Shown here piece by piece: positions 1-8,600 of a stretch of DNA of 64,000 nucleotides. This DNA comes from an uncultured Phycisphaeraceae bacterium (GTDB taxonomy: Bacteria > Planctomycetota > Phycisphaerae > Phycisphaerales > UBA1924): contig CAYGLT010000001.1 of assembly GCA_964350875.1 (NCBI GenBank), positions 6,199 to 70,198 on the forward strand. The letters run 5' to 3'. Each line of letters starts with the position of its first letter. Positions within the stretch are counted from its first letter, which is position 1. Both the position numbers and the translations under genes were made by a program. The notes under the pieces are model-generated. The model was not told where the DNA came from. It saw only the letters and a list, made by a program, of their open reading frames with translations, and ran no database searches.

Positions 1-93
1 GGAGGCGTCCCAGCGTTCGCGGATGCGCGGCTCGTGCTCGGCGGGCGAGTAGGCCTTGGGGAGGTCGTTCGTGGTGGTCTGCTGGGTCGTCAT
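1..93 (-). CDS. N-terminal fragment of a class I aminoacyl-tRNA synthetase (ValRS-like); gene continues past the window start
   Basis: A reverse-strand ATG at 91-93 opens MTTQQTTTNDLPKAYSPAEHEPRIRERWDAS. The LPKxY-P-x3-E-x6-W pattern is typical of ValRS/LeuRS N-termini. Only 31 codons are visible. Confidence 0.4.
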   Translation of the reverse strand, partial: MTTQQTTTNDLPKAYSPAEHEPRIRERWDAS

Positions 94-129
94 GGCTTCG
101 TTGGGCATGGGGATCGACGAGTGTAGGGG

Positions 130-1167
130 ATGGGCGGTACGCTGACCCCGATGGACGACCGCATTCGCGAACTCCGAAAGCGACGCTTCTTCGCGTCCCT
201 CGCCGCGCTGGGGCTGATTCTGCTGGCCGCCGGCGCCGCCTGGCTGCTGGTGGGGGCGGCCAACAAGGCCGGCTCGTCGCGCGCCGAGGCCCTGGCGCCC
301 GCCACGCGCGTCACCGAGATGCTCGAGGCCGCCCGCCAGCACCTGCGCAGCGATGACTTCGAAAGCGCCGAACTGCTCCTCCGCGACGCCGCCGCCCGCG
401 CGCCCGACGACTACGAGGTCTGGTCGCTCTACGGCGAGACCCTGCTCTCACGCGGCCGCACGCGCGAGGCCTACCAGGCTTACGCGAACGCCGCCCGCGC
501 CACGGCCGCTCCCGTCGAACTCGAGTTCAACGCCGGGACCGTCGCCAACACCGCCGGGCTCGTGGAGGAAGCGCTCGCGCACTACGAGCGTGCCAGCGCC
601 CGCCAGCCGGCGAACGCGCGGTTCGCGATCTACCTCGCCCAGATCCAGCGCAAACTCGGCGACGCCACGGGCGCCAAGGCGAGCCTGCTCCGCGCCGGCA
701 ACCTGCGCCCCGACATGGCCGTTGTCTGGGGCGTTCTGGCCGACATCTCGCTCGAAGAGAACAACCTGCCGATCGCGCGACAGCACATCGAGAAGGCGCG
801 CGAACTCGATCCCGAGAGCGTGCAGTGGCGCCTCATCGACGCGCGCATCCTGCGGAGGCAGAACGACCCCGAGGCCGCGGCCCGGTTGCTCCTCGCCATG
901 CCCGACGATCGGCTCCTCACCGATCCCGCGGCGGTGGACGAAGCGGCGACCGCGCTGGCGATGCTCAAGCGCACCGATGAAGCAGCATCGTTGTACCTGC
1001 GCGCCGCGGATCGGCTCTCGACCAACGCCGAGGTGAACTACAAGGCCGCGCTGATGCTCCAGCGCGCCGGGCGCATCGACGACGCGATCGTGCTCGCGCA
1101 GGTCGCCGCGGGTCTCGGCGATGAGCGTGCGAAAGACCTGCTTTCGACGCTCAGCGCTCCGCGTTGA
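130..1167 (+). CDS. TPR-repeat protein with N-terminal membrane anchor
   Basis: ATG at 130. There is a hydrophobic segment FFASLAALGLILLAAGAAWLLVG, followed by repeated A/L/Y-rich 34-residue-like units (EAYQAYANAAR, EALAHYERASARQP, ARQHIEKARELDP). Confidence 0.75.
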   Translation: MGGTLTPMDDRIRELRKRRFFASLAALGLILLAAGAAWLLVGAANKAGSSRAEALAPATRVTEMLEAARQHLRSDDFESAELLLRDAAARAPDDYEVWSLYGETLLSRGRTREAYQAYANAARATAAPVELEFNAGTVANTAGLVEEALAHYERASARQPANARFAIYLAQIQRKLGDATGAKASLLRAGNLRPDMAVVWGVLADISLEENNLPIARQHIEKARELDPESVQWRLIDARILRRQNDPEAAARLLLAMPDDRLLTDPAAVDEAATALAMLKRTDEAASLYLRAADRLSTNAEVNYKAALMLQRAGRIDDAIVLAQVAAGLGDERAKDLLSTLSAPR

Positions 1168-1693
1168 CGAGTTCCTGAGTGTCGTCGCTCGACGCCGGGC
1201 GTACGCGGATCACGCCGCGCGGCTCGGGAGCGGGGGCCTCCTCGACCTCACGCAATGCCTCGGCAGCGGAGTTCGTGTGCCTGCGCACGCTCCCGAGGAA
1301 GCCGTACCGCTCGAGGAAGTCCACGCGGGTCGACTCGATGGTCTCCAGCGGGCCGAACCCTTCGACTTGCGTCCACGGGTCGTAGGCGATGTTCGTCGGG
1401 CCGATGTTCATCGGGACATACAGGTCGTACAACGCCGTCGGGGCGCCGTAGGCCATCGGCTTCGAGAGGCGCGACGCGATGGACGGCGCGAGCGCCTCGG
1501 CCACGCCCGGTGCGCGGTCCTGATGCGCATTCACATAGGTTGGCCCCACGAACGCGCGCGACGCGGGCCGCACCGCCTTCTGCGCGAGCACGACGGGGCC
1601 GCCGCCTCCCGCGGTGAAGGTGGAAACCTGCGACAGCGCGGGCGCCGCGCACGCGATGCACGCGATCAGAGCCGGGGCGAGCCGTTCGAACAT
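1151..1693 (-). CDS. secreted hypothetical protein
   Basis: ATG at 1693. The signal-peptide-like N-terminus is MFERLAPALIACIACAAPALSQV. GC3-rich coding frame with no recognisable family. It overlaps the convergent TPR gene by 17 nt. Confidence 0.55.
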   Translation of the reverse strand: MFERLAPALIACIACAAPALSQVSTFTAGGGGPVVLAQKAVRPASRAFVGPTYVNAHQDRAPGVAEALAPSIASRLSKPMAYGAPTALYDLYVPMNIGPTNIAYDPWTQVEGFGPLETIESTRVDFLERYGFLGSVRRHTNSAAEALREVEEAPAPEPRGVIRVRPASSDDTQELVNAER

Positions 1694-1813
1694 CTCGTCT
1701 CTCCTTGTGATGACCGGGGGCGCCCGATAATCAGCGTCGCCGCGCCGGACGCGCGGCCTCTCGCTCGAAGTGTGCGCCGCAACGGGCAGGAAGCAACCGT
1801 CAGCGCGACGCGA

Positions 1814-2956
1814 TCAACTCACCCGGGCGCCCGCGGTGAACGCGATGGGCGCCGCGCCCGCGACCGTCTCGTACGCGCTGAGCGCGCCGCGAACATGTGC
1901 GCTCGCGAGCCGGTTCTCGCGCACGAAGGTCATCGCGCCCTCGAGCAATCTCGCGGCACGGGGTCGATCGTTGAGCAACGACAGGATCGCCCGCTCCCAC
2001 TCCTCGGCGTCGCCGCGCTCAATCACAACGGCGGTCTCGCCGTCACGGATCGCGGTCATCGGGCACCCTTCGCGGGCGAACAGCATCACGCCGTGGGCCA
2101 TCGCGTCGAGCAGGATCGTGCGGTGCTGCTGCAGCCGCTCGGGCACGACGACCGCGTCGACCTGGAGAGACAATTCGCGGCGGCTCTCGGTGTCTTCGAT
2201 CACCGATACGCAATCGAGGAGTTTCAGTTTCTCAGCGTGCTTCCAGAGCGCGTTCGAGGACCGCACCAGCGCGGCGTCGAGAAAGATGAGCAGCGTGGGC
2301 GCGACCGTGCGCAGCCGGCTCAGCCCGTCGAGCGCGGCCTTGCACGACGCGATGTCGTCGCCCGTCCCGAGCATCAGCACCGAGAAAGCGCCGTCACGCT
2401 TTGGCCATTCGGGACGCTCGTGGTTCGAGTGCACGCCCCACACCGCGAGCCGGCGGTTCATCCACGGCGTGTTCGCGTCGATGCGCTGCTCCACGCCCTC
2501 GTCGGGGCACAGGAAGATCACGCGTTTGCGATGTTCCTCGTCGCGCGACTTCAGCGCGCGGGCCAGCGCCAGCCCTCGCTGGACCGCGACCTCCGACCAC
2601 AGTTCGTAGACGATCGCCGCGTCCAGTTCACGCGCGATGCGCTCGCCCGCCGCCCACGCGTTGTCGCCCATGATGTGCACGAGGTCGATCGACTCGGTGT
2701 CCTGCACGGAAAGTTCGCGCATGGTCTCGATGTCCTGAAGCACTGCGCGGGCCGAGATCGGCGCGAACAGTTTCGAGGACGGTTCGGGGAACTTGATCCA
2801 GCGCAGGTACGGGTTGTCGAGCGATTCGGCGGCGGGCTCGATCGGCGTGACGCGCACCACGCGCACGCCTTCGTCGGCCAGCCCGACCTCCATCCGGGAG
2901 AGCAGCGCCCGCTCGCGCGAAGCAAACGAACCGTCGGCAAGGATCAGGGCGCGCAT
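1814..2956 (-). CDS. glycosyltransferase, GT1/GT4-like
   Basis: I chose the internal ATG at 2956 (MRALILADG) over the Arg-rich 5' extension of ORF 1814..3745. The C-terminal half contains the Glycos_transf_1-like stretch VVVPERLQQHRTILLDAMAHGVMLFA...IRDGETAVVIE. Confidence 0.75.
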   Translation of the reverse strand: MRALILADGSFASRERALLSRMEVGLADEGVRVVRVTPIEPAAESLDNPYLRWIKFPEPSSKLFAPISARAVLQDIETMRELSVQDTESIDLVHIMGDNAWAAGERIARELDAAIVYELWSEVAVQRGLALARALKSRDEEHRKRVIFLCPDEGVEQRIDANTPWMNRRLAVWGVHSNHERPEWPKRDGAFSVLMLGTGDDIASCKAALDGLSRLRTVAPTLLIFLDAALVRSSNALWKHAEKLKLLDCVSVIEDTESRRELSLQVDAVVVPERLQQHRTILLDAMAHGVMLFAREGCPMTAIRDGETAVVIERGDAEEWERAILSLLNDRPRAARLLEGAMTFVRENRLASAHVRGALSAYETVAGAAPIAFTAGARVS

Positions 2957-3711
2957 CGGGCACCAGCATATCGCGGGCGGCGTCGCCGCACAGCGGGGGC
3001 CATCGCGGCCAGAACCGCCCACGCGGCGCCCGGAGAGGGGATCGCCGTGATCAGGATGTCGTCGAAGTACGCCGCGACCGGCCCGTCGCCGACCGGAAAG
3101 CCCGCGTCCTGCCAGCCGTCGGACGCGAGCACGATCTGGTCGAGCGCACGGGCGAATCCCGTGGATGTCGATTGGTAGATCATCTCGCCCGCGTAGTAGA
3201 AGCGGGTCGCGTCGGGTTCCCACTCGACGCGCAGTTCCTCGAACGACCCGCGCGTGAAGAACACATTGGTGTCGATGAACGCCGGGCCCTTGCCCGTGTC
3301 GTCCACCACGAAGATCGTCCCGCCGAACTCGAACACCACGCGGAAGGTCGTGCCGAACTTCTCGATGGACTGGCCGACAACTGTGTAGTTGGCGCCCGCG
3401 AGATCGTCGATCCGCACGGACATGCTCACGGCGCCGCGCTCGCCCGGATCGAAGGTCTCGGGGCTGAGTGCGCCGATGAACATGCCATTGTTCGCGCTCG
3501 GGTTGTCCGAAAGCCGCAGCGCGCGGCGGCCATCGATCTCGGCGATATCGGCGCCCGCGCCCTTGGTCAGATCGAACTCGCTCCATCCCTCCTGCCCGCC
3601 GACGGCGCCGAGGGAATATCCCTCGCTCTCCTCGAAGTCGAAGAACGCGGGCTGCGCATGCGCCAGCGGAACCATAATGAGGGCGGCGACGACGCCGATT
3701 CGACGATGCAT
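2944..3711 (-). CDS. secreted protein with PEP-CTERM-like C-terminal anchor
   Basis: ATG at 3711 gives the signal peptide [20 protein letters not shown]. The C-terminus is [23 protein letters not shown], i.e. a P-x-P motif, a hydrophobic helix and an Arg cluster. It overlaps the downstream glycosyltransferase start by 13 nt. Confidence 0.6.
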   Translation of the reverse strand: MHRRIGVVAALIMVPLAHAQPAFFDFEESEGYSLGAVGGQEGWSEFDLTKGAGADIAEIDGRRALRLSDNPSANNGMFIGALSPETFDPGERGAVSMSVRIDDLAGANYTVVGQSIEKFGTTFRVVFEFGGTIFVVDDTGKGPAFIDTNVFFTRGSFEELRVEWEPDATRFYYAGEMIYQSTSTGFARALDQIVLASDGWQDAGFPVGDGPVAAYFDDILITAIPSPGAAWAVLAAMAPAVRRRRPRYAGARCAP

Positions 3712-3804
3712 GCTGACTCCCGCCGTGCGAGCGGAGAACGGACACGAACCCACATCATGCTTCGTGTCCGGCGATCCGCAAGTTGCGTCTTTGTCGTCCG
3801 AGAA

Positions 3805-4938
3805 TCACGCCCCGGCGGGTGAGATTCGCGGCGCTGTGCCCCTCGGGTGCTCGATCTCCTTCGCGGCGGGGGTTCTCCACGCCGCAACCCAGTGCTCCGG
3901 GGCCGCCAGAACGAGCGATGAGTCCTCCGCCGGGCCGGGAGCACACTCTGTGCCCTCGGGCGCGGCGTCCCAAGGCCACCATGGATCGAGATGCGCGACC
4001 TCCGGCCTCGAGGCGCCGAACCTGGGGCGTGCGCCGACCGATTGCGCGATCGTCGTGAGCCGATCGCGACGGTCGCGCAACGACGGAATGCACGCGAGCA
4101 GCCCGCGGGTGTACGGGTGGAGCGGGTGCGCGAAGAGTTCGCGAGTTCGGGCGTATTCGACCACGCGCCCGGCGTACATCACGCACACCACATCGGAGTG
4201 TTCGTACACCACGCCCAGATCGTGCGTGATGAAGAGCACGCCGAGCCCTCGCTCGCGTCGAAGATCATCGATGAGCGCGAGGATCTGCTTCTGGATCGTC
4301 ACATCCAGCGCGGTCGTCGGCTCGTCCGCGAGGAGCAGTCGCGGCTTGCACGCGAGGGCCATCGCGATCATCACACGCTGACGCATCCCGCCCGAAAACT
4401 CGTGTGGGTACGCGCTGAGCCGCTTGGCCGCGTTGGTGATGCCCACGGCGTCGAGGGCCTCGATCGCGACGCGGTCGGCCTCTTTGCCGCGCACGCCCTG
4501 GTGAAGCCGGATGGCTTCGCGGAGTTGCTCGCCGATCGTGAACACCGGATTGAGCGAGGACATCGGCTCCTGAAAGATCATCGCGATCTCGCCGCCCCGT
4601 ACGCCGCGCATCGCGCGCTCGTCGAGCGTGCGCAGGTCCACGGTGTCGCCTTGTTCGCGGCGCAGGAGAATGTGTCCCGCGTCGTACCTTCCGGGCGGCG
4701 TCGGCGCGAGCCCGAGTACGCTGAGCGCGGTGATCGACTTGCCGCAGCCCGACTCGCCGACAACCGCGAGGGTCTGCCCGTCGTAGACGCTCATCGAGGC
4801 GCCGTCGACCGCGAGGATGCGCGGGCCGCCCGGATTGTCGAACGACATCCTCAGGTCGCGCAGTTCGAGCAGGGGGGCCGTATCGGCCCGCGACGACGCG
4901 TCGCTCGCCACATCGTGCTGAAGCGCAGGAGCGTTCAT
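3805..4938 (-). CDS. Opp/Dpp-type ABC transporter ATP-binding protein (DppD/OppD-like)
   Basis: Walker A GESGCGKS, signature FSGGMRQR and Walker [13 protein letters not shown] are present. The oligopeptide-type C-terminal extension HPYTRGLL is also present. The ATG at 4938 overlaps the permease stop (ATGA). Confidence 0.9.
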   Translation of the reverse strand: MNAPALQHDVASDASSRADTAPLLELRDLRMSFDNPGGPRILAVDGASMSVYDGQTLAVVGESGCGKSITALSVLGLAPTPPGRYDAGHILLRREQGDTVDLRTLDERAMRGVRGGEIAMIFQEPMSSLNPVFTIGEQLREAIRLHQGVRGKEADRVAIEALDAVGITNAAKRLSAYPHEFSGGMRQRVMIAMALACKPRLLLADEPTTALDVTIQKQILALIDDLRRERGLGVLFITHDLGVVYEHSDVVCVMYAGRVVEYARTRELFAHPLHPYTRGLLACIPSLRDRRDRLTTIAQSVGARPRFGASRPEVAHLDPWWPWDAAPEGTECAPGPAEDSSLVLAAPEHWVAAWRTPAAKEIEHPRGTAPRISPAGA

Positions 4939-6164
4939 CGCGCCCTCTTCGGGTCGAACGCCTCTCGCAGGCCCTCGCCCACGAAGTTCAGCGCGAGCAG
5001 CGTCACGCCGAGCATCGCGCACGGGAACACGAGCAGCCACCAGCGTGAACGGACCGTGTTCAGTTCGTTCAGCCCCGCGGCCGCGAGGTTGCCCCAACTC
5101 GGCATGGGCGGCATCACGCCGATGCCCAGAAACGAAAGGAACGACTCCTGCAGGATCGCCTGCGGCACCGTGAGCGTCGCGTACACGATGATCGGCCCGA
5201 GCAGATTCGGAAGCAGGTGTTTCAGGAAGATCCGGCGCGTGGGGGCGCCGACGGCGAGCGCGGCCTCGACGAACGGCTGGTTCTTCAGACTCAGCACTTG
5301 CCCTCGGACGACGCGCGCCATCGTCAGCCACGACACGCCGCCGATCGCCACCAGCAGCGTGACGATGTTCACCACGCTCCGGCGTGATTCGATCGCCGAC
5401 GAACTGAACCGCGTCGACGCCTCCGCCTCGATCTTCGCGATCGCGTCGTCGTCCTCGCGCTGCGCGGGCGGGAGGGCCGCGATCTCACGCTCGACGAACG
5501 CCTCACGGGCCGCGGCCGAGTTCGCCACGCTCCGCGCGATGGCGCGGTCAGCGAGCGAATCCGCCGCTACGGCGAGCAGCACCACGAGCAGGATGTACGG
5601 CAATCCGTACAGGATGTCCACGATGCGCATCATCACCGCGTCGACGCGGCCGCCGAACCAGCCCGCCGTCATGCCGTACGCCGTGCCGATCAGAACGCTG
5701 ATGAACGCCGCGGAAAGGCCGATGCCCAGCGAGATCCCGCCCCCGACCAGGATGCGCGTGAAGAGGTCGCGTCCGAGTTGATCCGCGCCGAGCGGGTAGA
5801 CCGGGACGGCGTCGTTGATCTGCGCCGGCGTCGGATCGGGCGTGTCCTCCGGCGCGACGCCGAGTTCCGCCGCGAGCAGCGCGCGGGCGTCCGCCTCCGC
5901 TGCGCGGTCGAGTTGCGCGCGTTCCTCGTCCGTGTGAGGGACCCACGCCGGGGGGAGTTTCGTCGCGTCGAGATTCCCCGCGCGGTACCGGGGCACGCCC
6001 GCGGAGGGCGAATCGCCCATCGTCCACGGCAGCGAGAAGAGGCACGCGCCGAGCATGATCGCCAGCACGGCGGCGCCGATCATCCCCGCGACGGAACGCG
6101 TGAACGGGTTGTCCTTCTTGCGCGGCGGCGCGAGGAGCGCCGGGACCGCTTTCTGTTCAGCCAT
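4935..6164 (-). CDS. Opp/Dpp-type ABC permease (DppC/OppC-like) with internal insertion
   Basis: Family motifs PLGADQLGRDLFTRIL, ARVVRGQVLSLK and ESFLSFLGIGVMPPMPSWGN are present. ATG at 6164. Confidence 0.9.
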   Translation of the reverse strand: MAEQKAVPALLAPPRKKDNPFTRSVAGMIGAAVLAIMLGACLFSLPWTMGDSPSAGVPRYRAGNLDATKLPPAWVPHTDEERAQLDRAAEADARALLAAELGVAPEDTPDPTPAQINDAVPVYPLGADQLGRDLFTRILVGGGISLGIGLSAAFISVLIGTAYGMTAGWFGGRVDAVMMRIVDILYGLPYILLVVLLAVAADSLADRAIARSVANSAAAREAFVEREIAALPPAQREDDDAIAKIEAEASTRFSSSAIESRRSVVNIVTLLVAIGGVSWLTMARVVRGQVLSLKNQPFVEAALAVGAPTRRIFLKHLLPNLLGPIIVYATLTVPQAILQESFLSFLGIGVMPPMPSWGNLAAAGLNELNTVRSRWWLLVFPCAMLGVTLLALNFVGEGLREAFDPKRAR

Positions 6165-6206
6165 CCACGCGAAGGATACCGGCCTGCGCCGTGACTCGCT
6201 GCATCC

Positions 6207-7067
6207 TCACCGCTGGGGCTGGCCGCGACGCTCGCCGCGCCTCGGTCCGGATTCACCGCCGGGCGGAGGAGGCTCGCCGGCCACGCCGCGCTCGAGTTCA
6301 TCGACTTTCTCGGCGACGATCTCGTCGCGACGGGACATCTCCGCGTCGAGTTCCTCGCGCATCCGCTCGATGCGCTTCTCGAACCGGTCGAGCATCATCG
6401 CACGCTCGCGGATGGTCAGATCCACACGCTCACGCACGAGGGCGAGCAGCGCGTCGCGACCTTCACCGTCCTGATTGTTGCGCGAGCGGAACGCGGCCTG
6501 CCTGATCCGCCAGTCCAGCCGCATCGACTGCAGGCGGATCTCGAACATCTCGGGGTCACGCTCGCGCAGTTCGATCTCCGGGATCACGCGCTGGGCCAGC
6601 CGGCCGTAGATCCGGTCCGCCTGGTCGGGATTCTCGCGGAGTTCCCGCTCGACACGCTCGGCCAGCGGCGGGGCGGTCTCGCGCAGGAAGTTCAGGATCT
6701 GCTCGCGTCGCTCGGGTGTGAGTTCCGCCGGATCGATCGAACGGTCCTGAGCGTCGCGATCACCGAAGCCGCGCTGCTCGCGCGGGTCGCGCATCAGCCC
6801 GCGGACGACCTGCGGCGCCGGTTCTCCTCGATCGAGGGCCTCCAACGCGTTCTGCAGCGCCGCTTCCTCGCGCCTCGTCTCGGCAAGACGCGCTTCGAGA
6901 CGCTCACGCAGGTTCTCTCCATCGAATCGCTGGCCCCCACGGTCCTGATCACCGCGGGGTGGACCGCCGCCCGGCTGCGCGAGCGACGCCGCCCCGAACT
7001 GCACGGCCGCCACGCACGCGACGGCCATGCAGATCAGGAACGAGTTGGTTCGATGCGTCCGGCGCAT
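6207..7067 (-). CDS. periplasmic coiled-coil protein, possibly Spy/CpxP-like
   Basis: ATG at 7067 gives the signal peptide MRRTHRTNSFLICMAVACVAAVQFGAASLAQ. The rest is highly charged E/R-rich helical sequence with an LTPERREQI motif resembling LTxxQ. It lies directly after the anti-sigma gene. Confidence 0.6.
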   Translation of the reverse strand: MRRTHRTNSFLICMAVACVAAVQFGAASLAQPGGGPPRGDQDRGGQRFDGENLRERLEARLAETRREEAALQNALEALDRGEPAPQVVRGLMRDPREQRGFGDRDAQDRSIDPAELTPERREQILNFLRETAPPLAERVERELRENPDQADRIYGRLAQRVIPEIELRERDPEMFEIRLQSMRLDWRIRQAAFRSRNNQDGEGRDALLALVRERVDLTIRERAMMLDRFEKRIERMREELDAEMSRRDEIVAEKVDELERGVAGEPPPPGGESGPRRGERRGQPQR

Positions 7068-7069
7068 AA

Positions 7070-7537
7070 TCACATCCACTCCTCGGCGTCGAACGCGGAC
7101 CCGCCGAGATCCTCGTACGAGATCGCGCGGTCCGCGTCGTCGAGTTCCGACCTGAACGACGCGAGGTTCGCGCGGCCGAAGACTTCGCCATCCATCGCCA
7201 GCCACGCGTCGAGGTCGGTCAGCACATCGCGTTCGTCGGTCGCGGCGAGGGTTGTGTCGGCGGGCGCGGGCGACTGCCCGCCGCGCAGCGCGACGACCGA
7301 CACCGCGCCGACCGTCAGGAGCAGCGCGATCGCCGCGGCCACACGGAACGCGCTCGAGCGCCAGAACCCCACGCGGGCGATGACGATCGCCGGGGCGGCC
7401 TCGGGGGCTTCGGCGCGGAGTGCGGCGCGGAGCACGCGGGCCTCGAAGCCGGCGTCCGGCTCGGCGCGGAGCCGTGCCGCGTCGCGGTCGAGCGCGTCGG
7501 TGATCGGGCGCAGGTTGGGATCGTCAGGAGTGTTCAT
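7070..7537 (-). CDS. putative anti-sigma factor (single-pass membrane protein)
   Basis: ATG at 7537 overlaps the sigma gene end by 14 nt. There is one TM segment, FRVAAAIALLLTVGAVSVVAL. The call is based on position immediately downstream of the ECF sigma gene. Confidence 0.6.
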   Translation of the reverse strand: MNTPDDPNLRPITDALDRDAARLRAEPDAGFEARVLRAALRAEAPEAAPAIVIARVGFWRSSAFRVAAAIALLLTVGAVSVVALRGGQSPAPADTTLAATDERDVLTDLDAWLAMDGEVFGRANLASFRSELDDADRAISYEDLGGSAFDAEEWM

Positions 7538-8180
7538 CGGTGTCGCTCGATGGCGGGGTGGTTGTATCAGATTCGATGGCGTCGCGGAGTTTGCGAAGCG
7601 CCCGGTGGTGCCGCGCGAGCACGGTGCCCACGGGCTGGCCGAGCATCGCGGCGATGCTCTTGAAGGACATCCCCGCGCGGTGGCGGAGTTCGACGACCTC
7701 GCGGTCGGCGTCGGGCAGGCCGCCCATCGCCCGGTGGAGCGAGGCGGTCTGCGCGGGATCGTGATCGTCGGCGTCGTCCGTTCGCGTCGAGCGTCCCGGG
7801 GCGTCGGCGGAGTCGCGGATCGTGGCCATCGCCGAGGCGCCGCGCTTCGACTTGCGGATCGCGTCGCGGACGCGGTTGGCGGCGATCTGGAAGAGCCAGG
7901 CCTCGAACGACCCACGCTCGTCGTACTCGCCCGACTGGATCTTGATGGAGACGGTGGCGAACACGGACTGGGCGATCTCCTCGGCCTGGTCGGGCCCGAG
8001 TTTCTTCGAACGCGCGAAGGCGTACAGCCGCCTCGCGTAGAGCGATACGAGCGTGGCCCAGGCGTCGCCCTCGCCCCGGCGTGCGGACTCCAGCACGGCC
8101 CCGAGGTCGCTCGGCGAGCGGCCCTGGGCGTGATCCGGGTTTCCGGACGAGGAGGAGGATTGCTCGGCCATTCGTTGCAT
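7524..8180 (-). CDS. ECF-type RNA polymerase sigma factor (sigma-70 family)
   Basis: Region 2 is FEAWLFQIAANRVRDAIR and the region 4 HTH is REVVELRHRAGMSFKSIAAMLGQPVGTVLARHHRALRKLR. The start is ambiguous (ATG at 8225, 8180 or 8171). Confidence 0.85.
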   Translation of the reverse strand: MQRMAEQSSSSSGNPDHAQGRSPSDLGAVLESARRGEGDAWATLVSLYARRLYAFARSKKLGPDQAEEIAQSVFATVSIKIQSGEYDERGSFEAWLFQIAANRVRDAIRKSKRGASAMATIRDSADAPGRSTRTDDADDHDPAQTASLHRAMGGLPDADREVVELRHRAGMSFKSIAAMLGQPVGTVLARHHRALRKLRDAIESDTTTPPSSDTDEHS

Positions 8181-8328
8181 CGTCCTGCTGGGAGGGGGAA
8201 CGCCGCTCGGGGCAGGGTATTGCATCCTTGAAGGGGCTGAAGGCGGGCTTTCGACGCGCCGATCTTGACCATCGGGCGAGGGAGGTGCTACCTTCCCCCG
8301 TCCCCCAGCCCCCTGTGGGGCGACATAC

Positions 8329-8401
8329 GGGTAGTTAGCTCAGTTGGTAGAGCACCGCACTGAAAATGCGGGTGTCCCCGGTTCAAGTCCGGGACTGCCC
8401 A
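8329..8401 (+). tRNA. tRNA-Phe (anticodon GAA)
   Basis: I folded a 73-nt cloverleaf by hand. The acceptor is GGGTAGT/ACTGCCC, the anticodon stem CCGCA/TGCGG with loop CTGAAAA, and the T-arm CCCGG-TTCAAGT-CCGGG. CCA is not encoded. Confidence 0.95.
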
Positions 8402-8438
8402 TTTCACCATCCTTTTTGGATCGTGACCAATGACGACG

Positions 8439-8475
8439 ACGCCTCGGGCTCACCCCCGGGGCGTTGTTCGTTTTC
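8439..8475 (+). terminator. rho-independent terminator downstream of tRNA-Phe
   Basis: A 10-bp stem pairs ACGCCTCGGG (8439-8448) with CCCGGGGCGT (8455-8464), including one G-U. The loop is 6 nt and the tail is TGTTCGTTTTC. Confidence 0.6.
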
Positions 8476-8600
8476 AGTTGCTCCCTCCCCTTATGCGCAG
8501 CATGGGGGAGGGCTGGGGAGGGGGCGAGAAACATCGGGCGAAGAAGAAGACCCCCTCCTTGCCTCCCCCATCGCCAGATGGTGGAGGGAGCGGAAGTCGT

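Noticed and set aside
1121-3178. Very long ORFs antisense to, or out of frame with, confidently assigned genes. Examples are 1121..3178, 19221..21686, 21577..23328, 31157..33385, 33727..36102, 45646..47646 and 58445..60709.
   Set aside because: Their translations are Arg/Gly/Ala/Pro-rich low-complexity strings (RRRR, GRRG runs) with no family motifs. Each mirrors a gene with clear homology motifs on the other strand or frame. This is the expected stop-codon-poor artefact of a genome near 70% GC.
4939-5331. Long 5' extensions of real genes in the ORF track. These include 3805..5331, 1814..3745, 17158..18606, 26188..27621, 42086..45196, 44932..46953 and 51702..53330.
   Set aside because: The extended parts overlap upstream genes and look non-coding (Arg-rich). 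Internal ATG/GTG starts give proper signal peptides or family N-termini, SD-like sequences, and 1- or 4-nt stop/start overlaps.
8402-8600. Small ORFs after tRNA-Phe (8366..8632, 8430..8636, 8464..8679, 8340..8534), and the possibility of an integrase or att site right at the tRNA.
   Set aside because: These ORFs overlap the tRNA and terminator and translate to low-complexity G/P/R strings. I found no copy of the tRNA-Phe 3' end downstream, and no integrase, recombinase or excisionase anywhere in the window.
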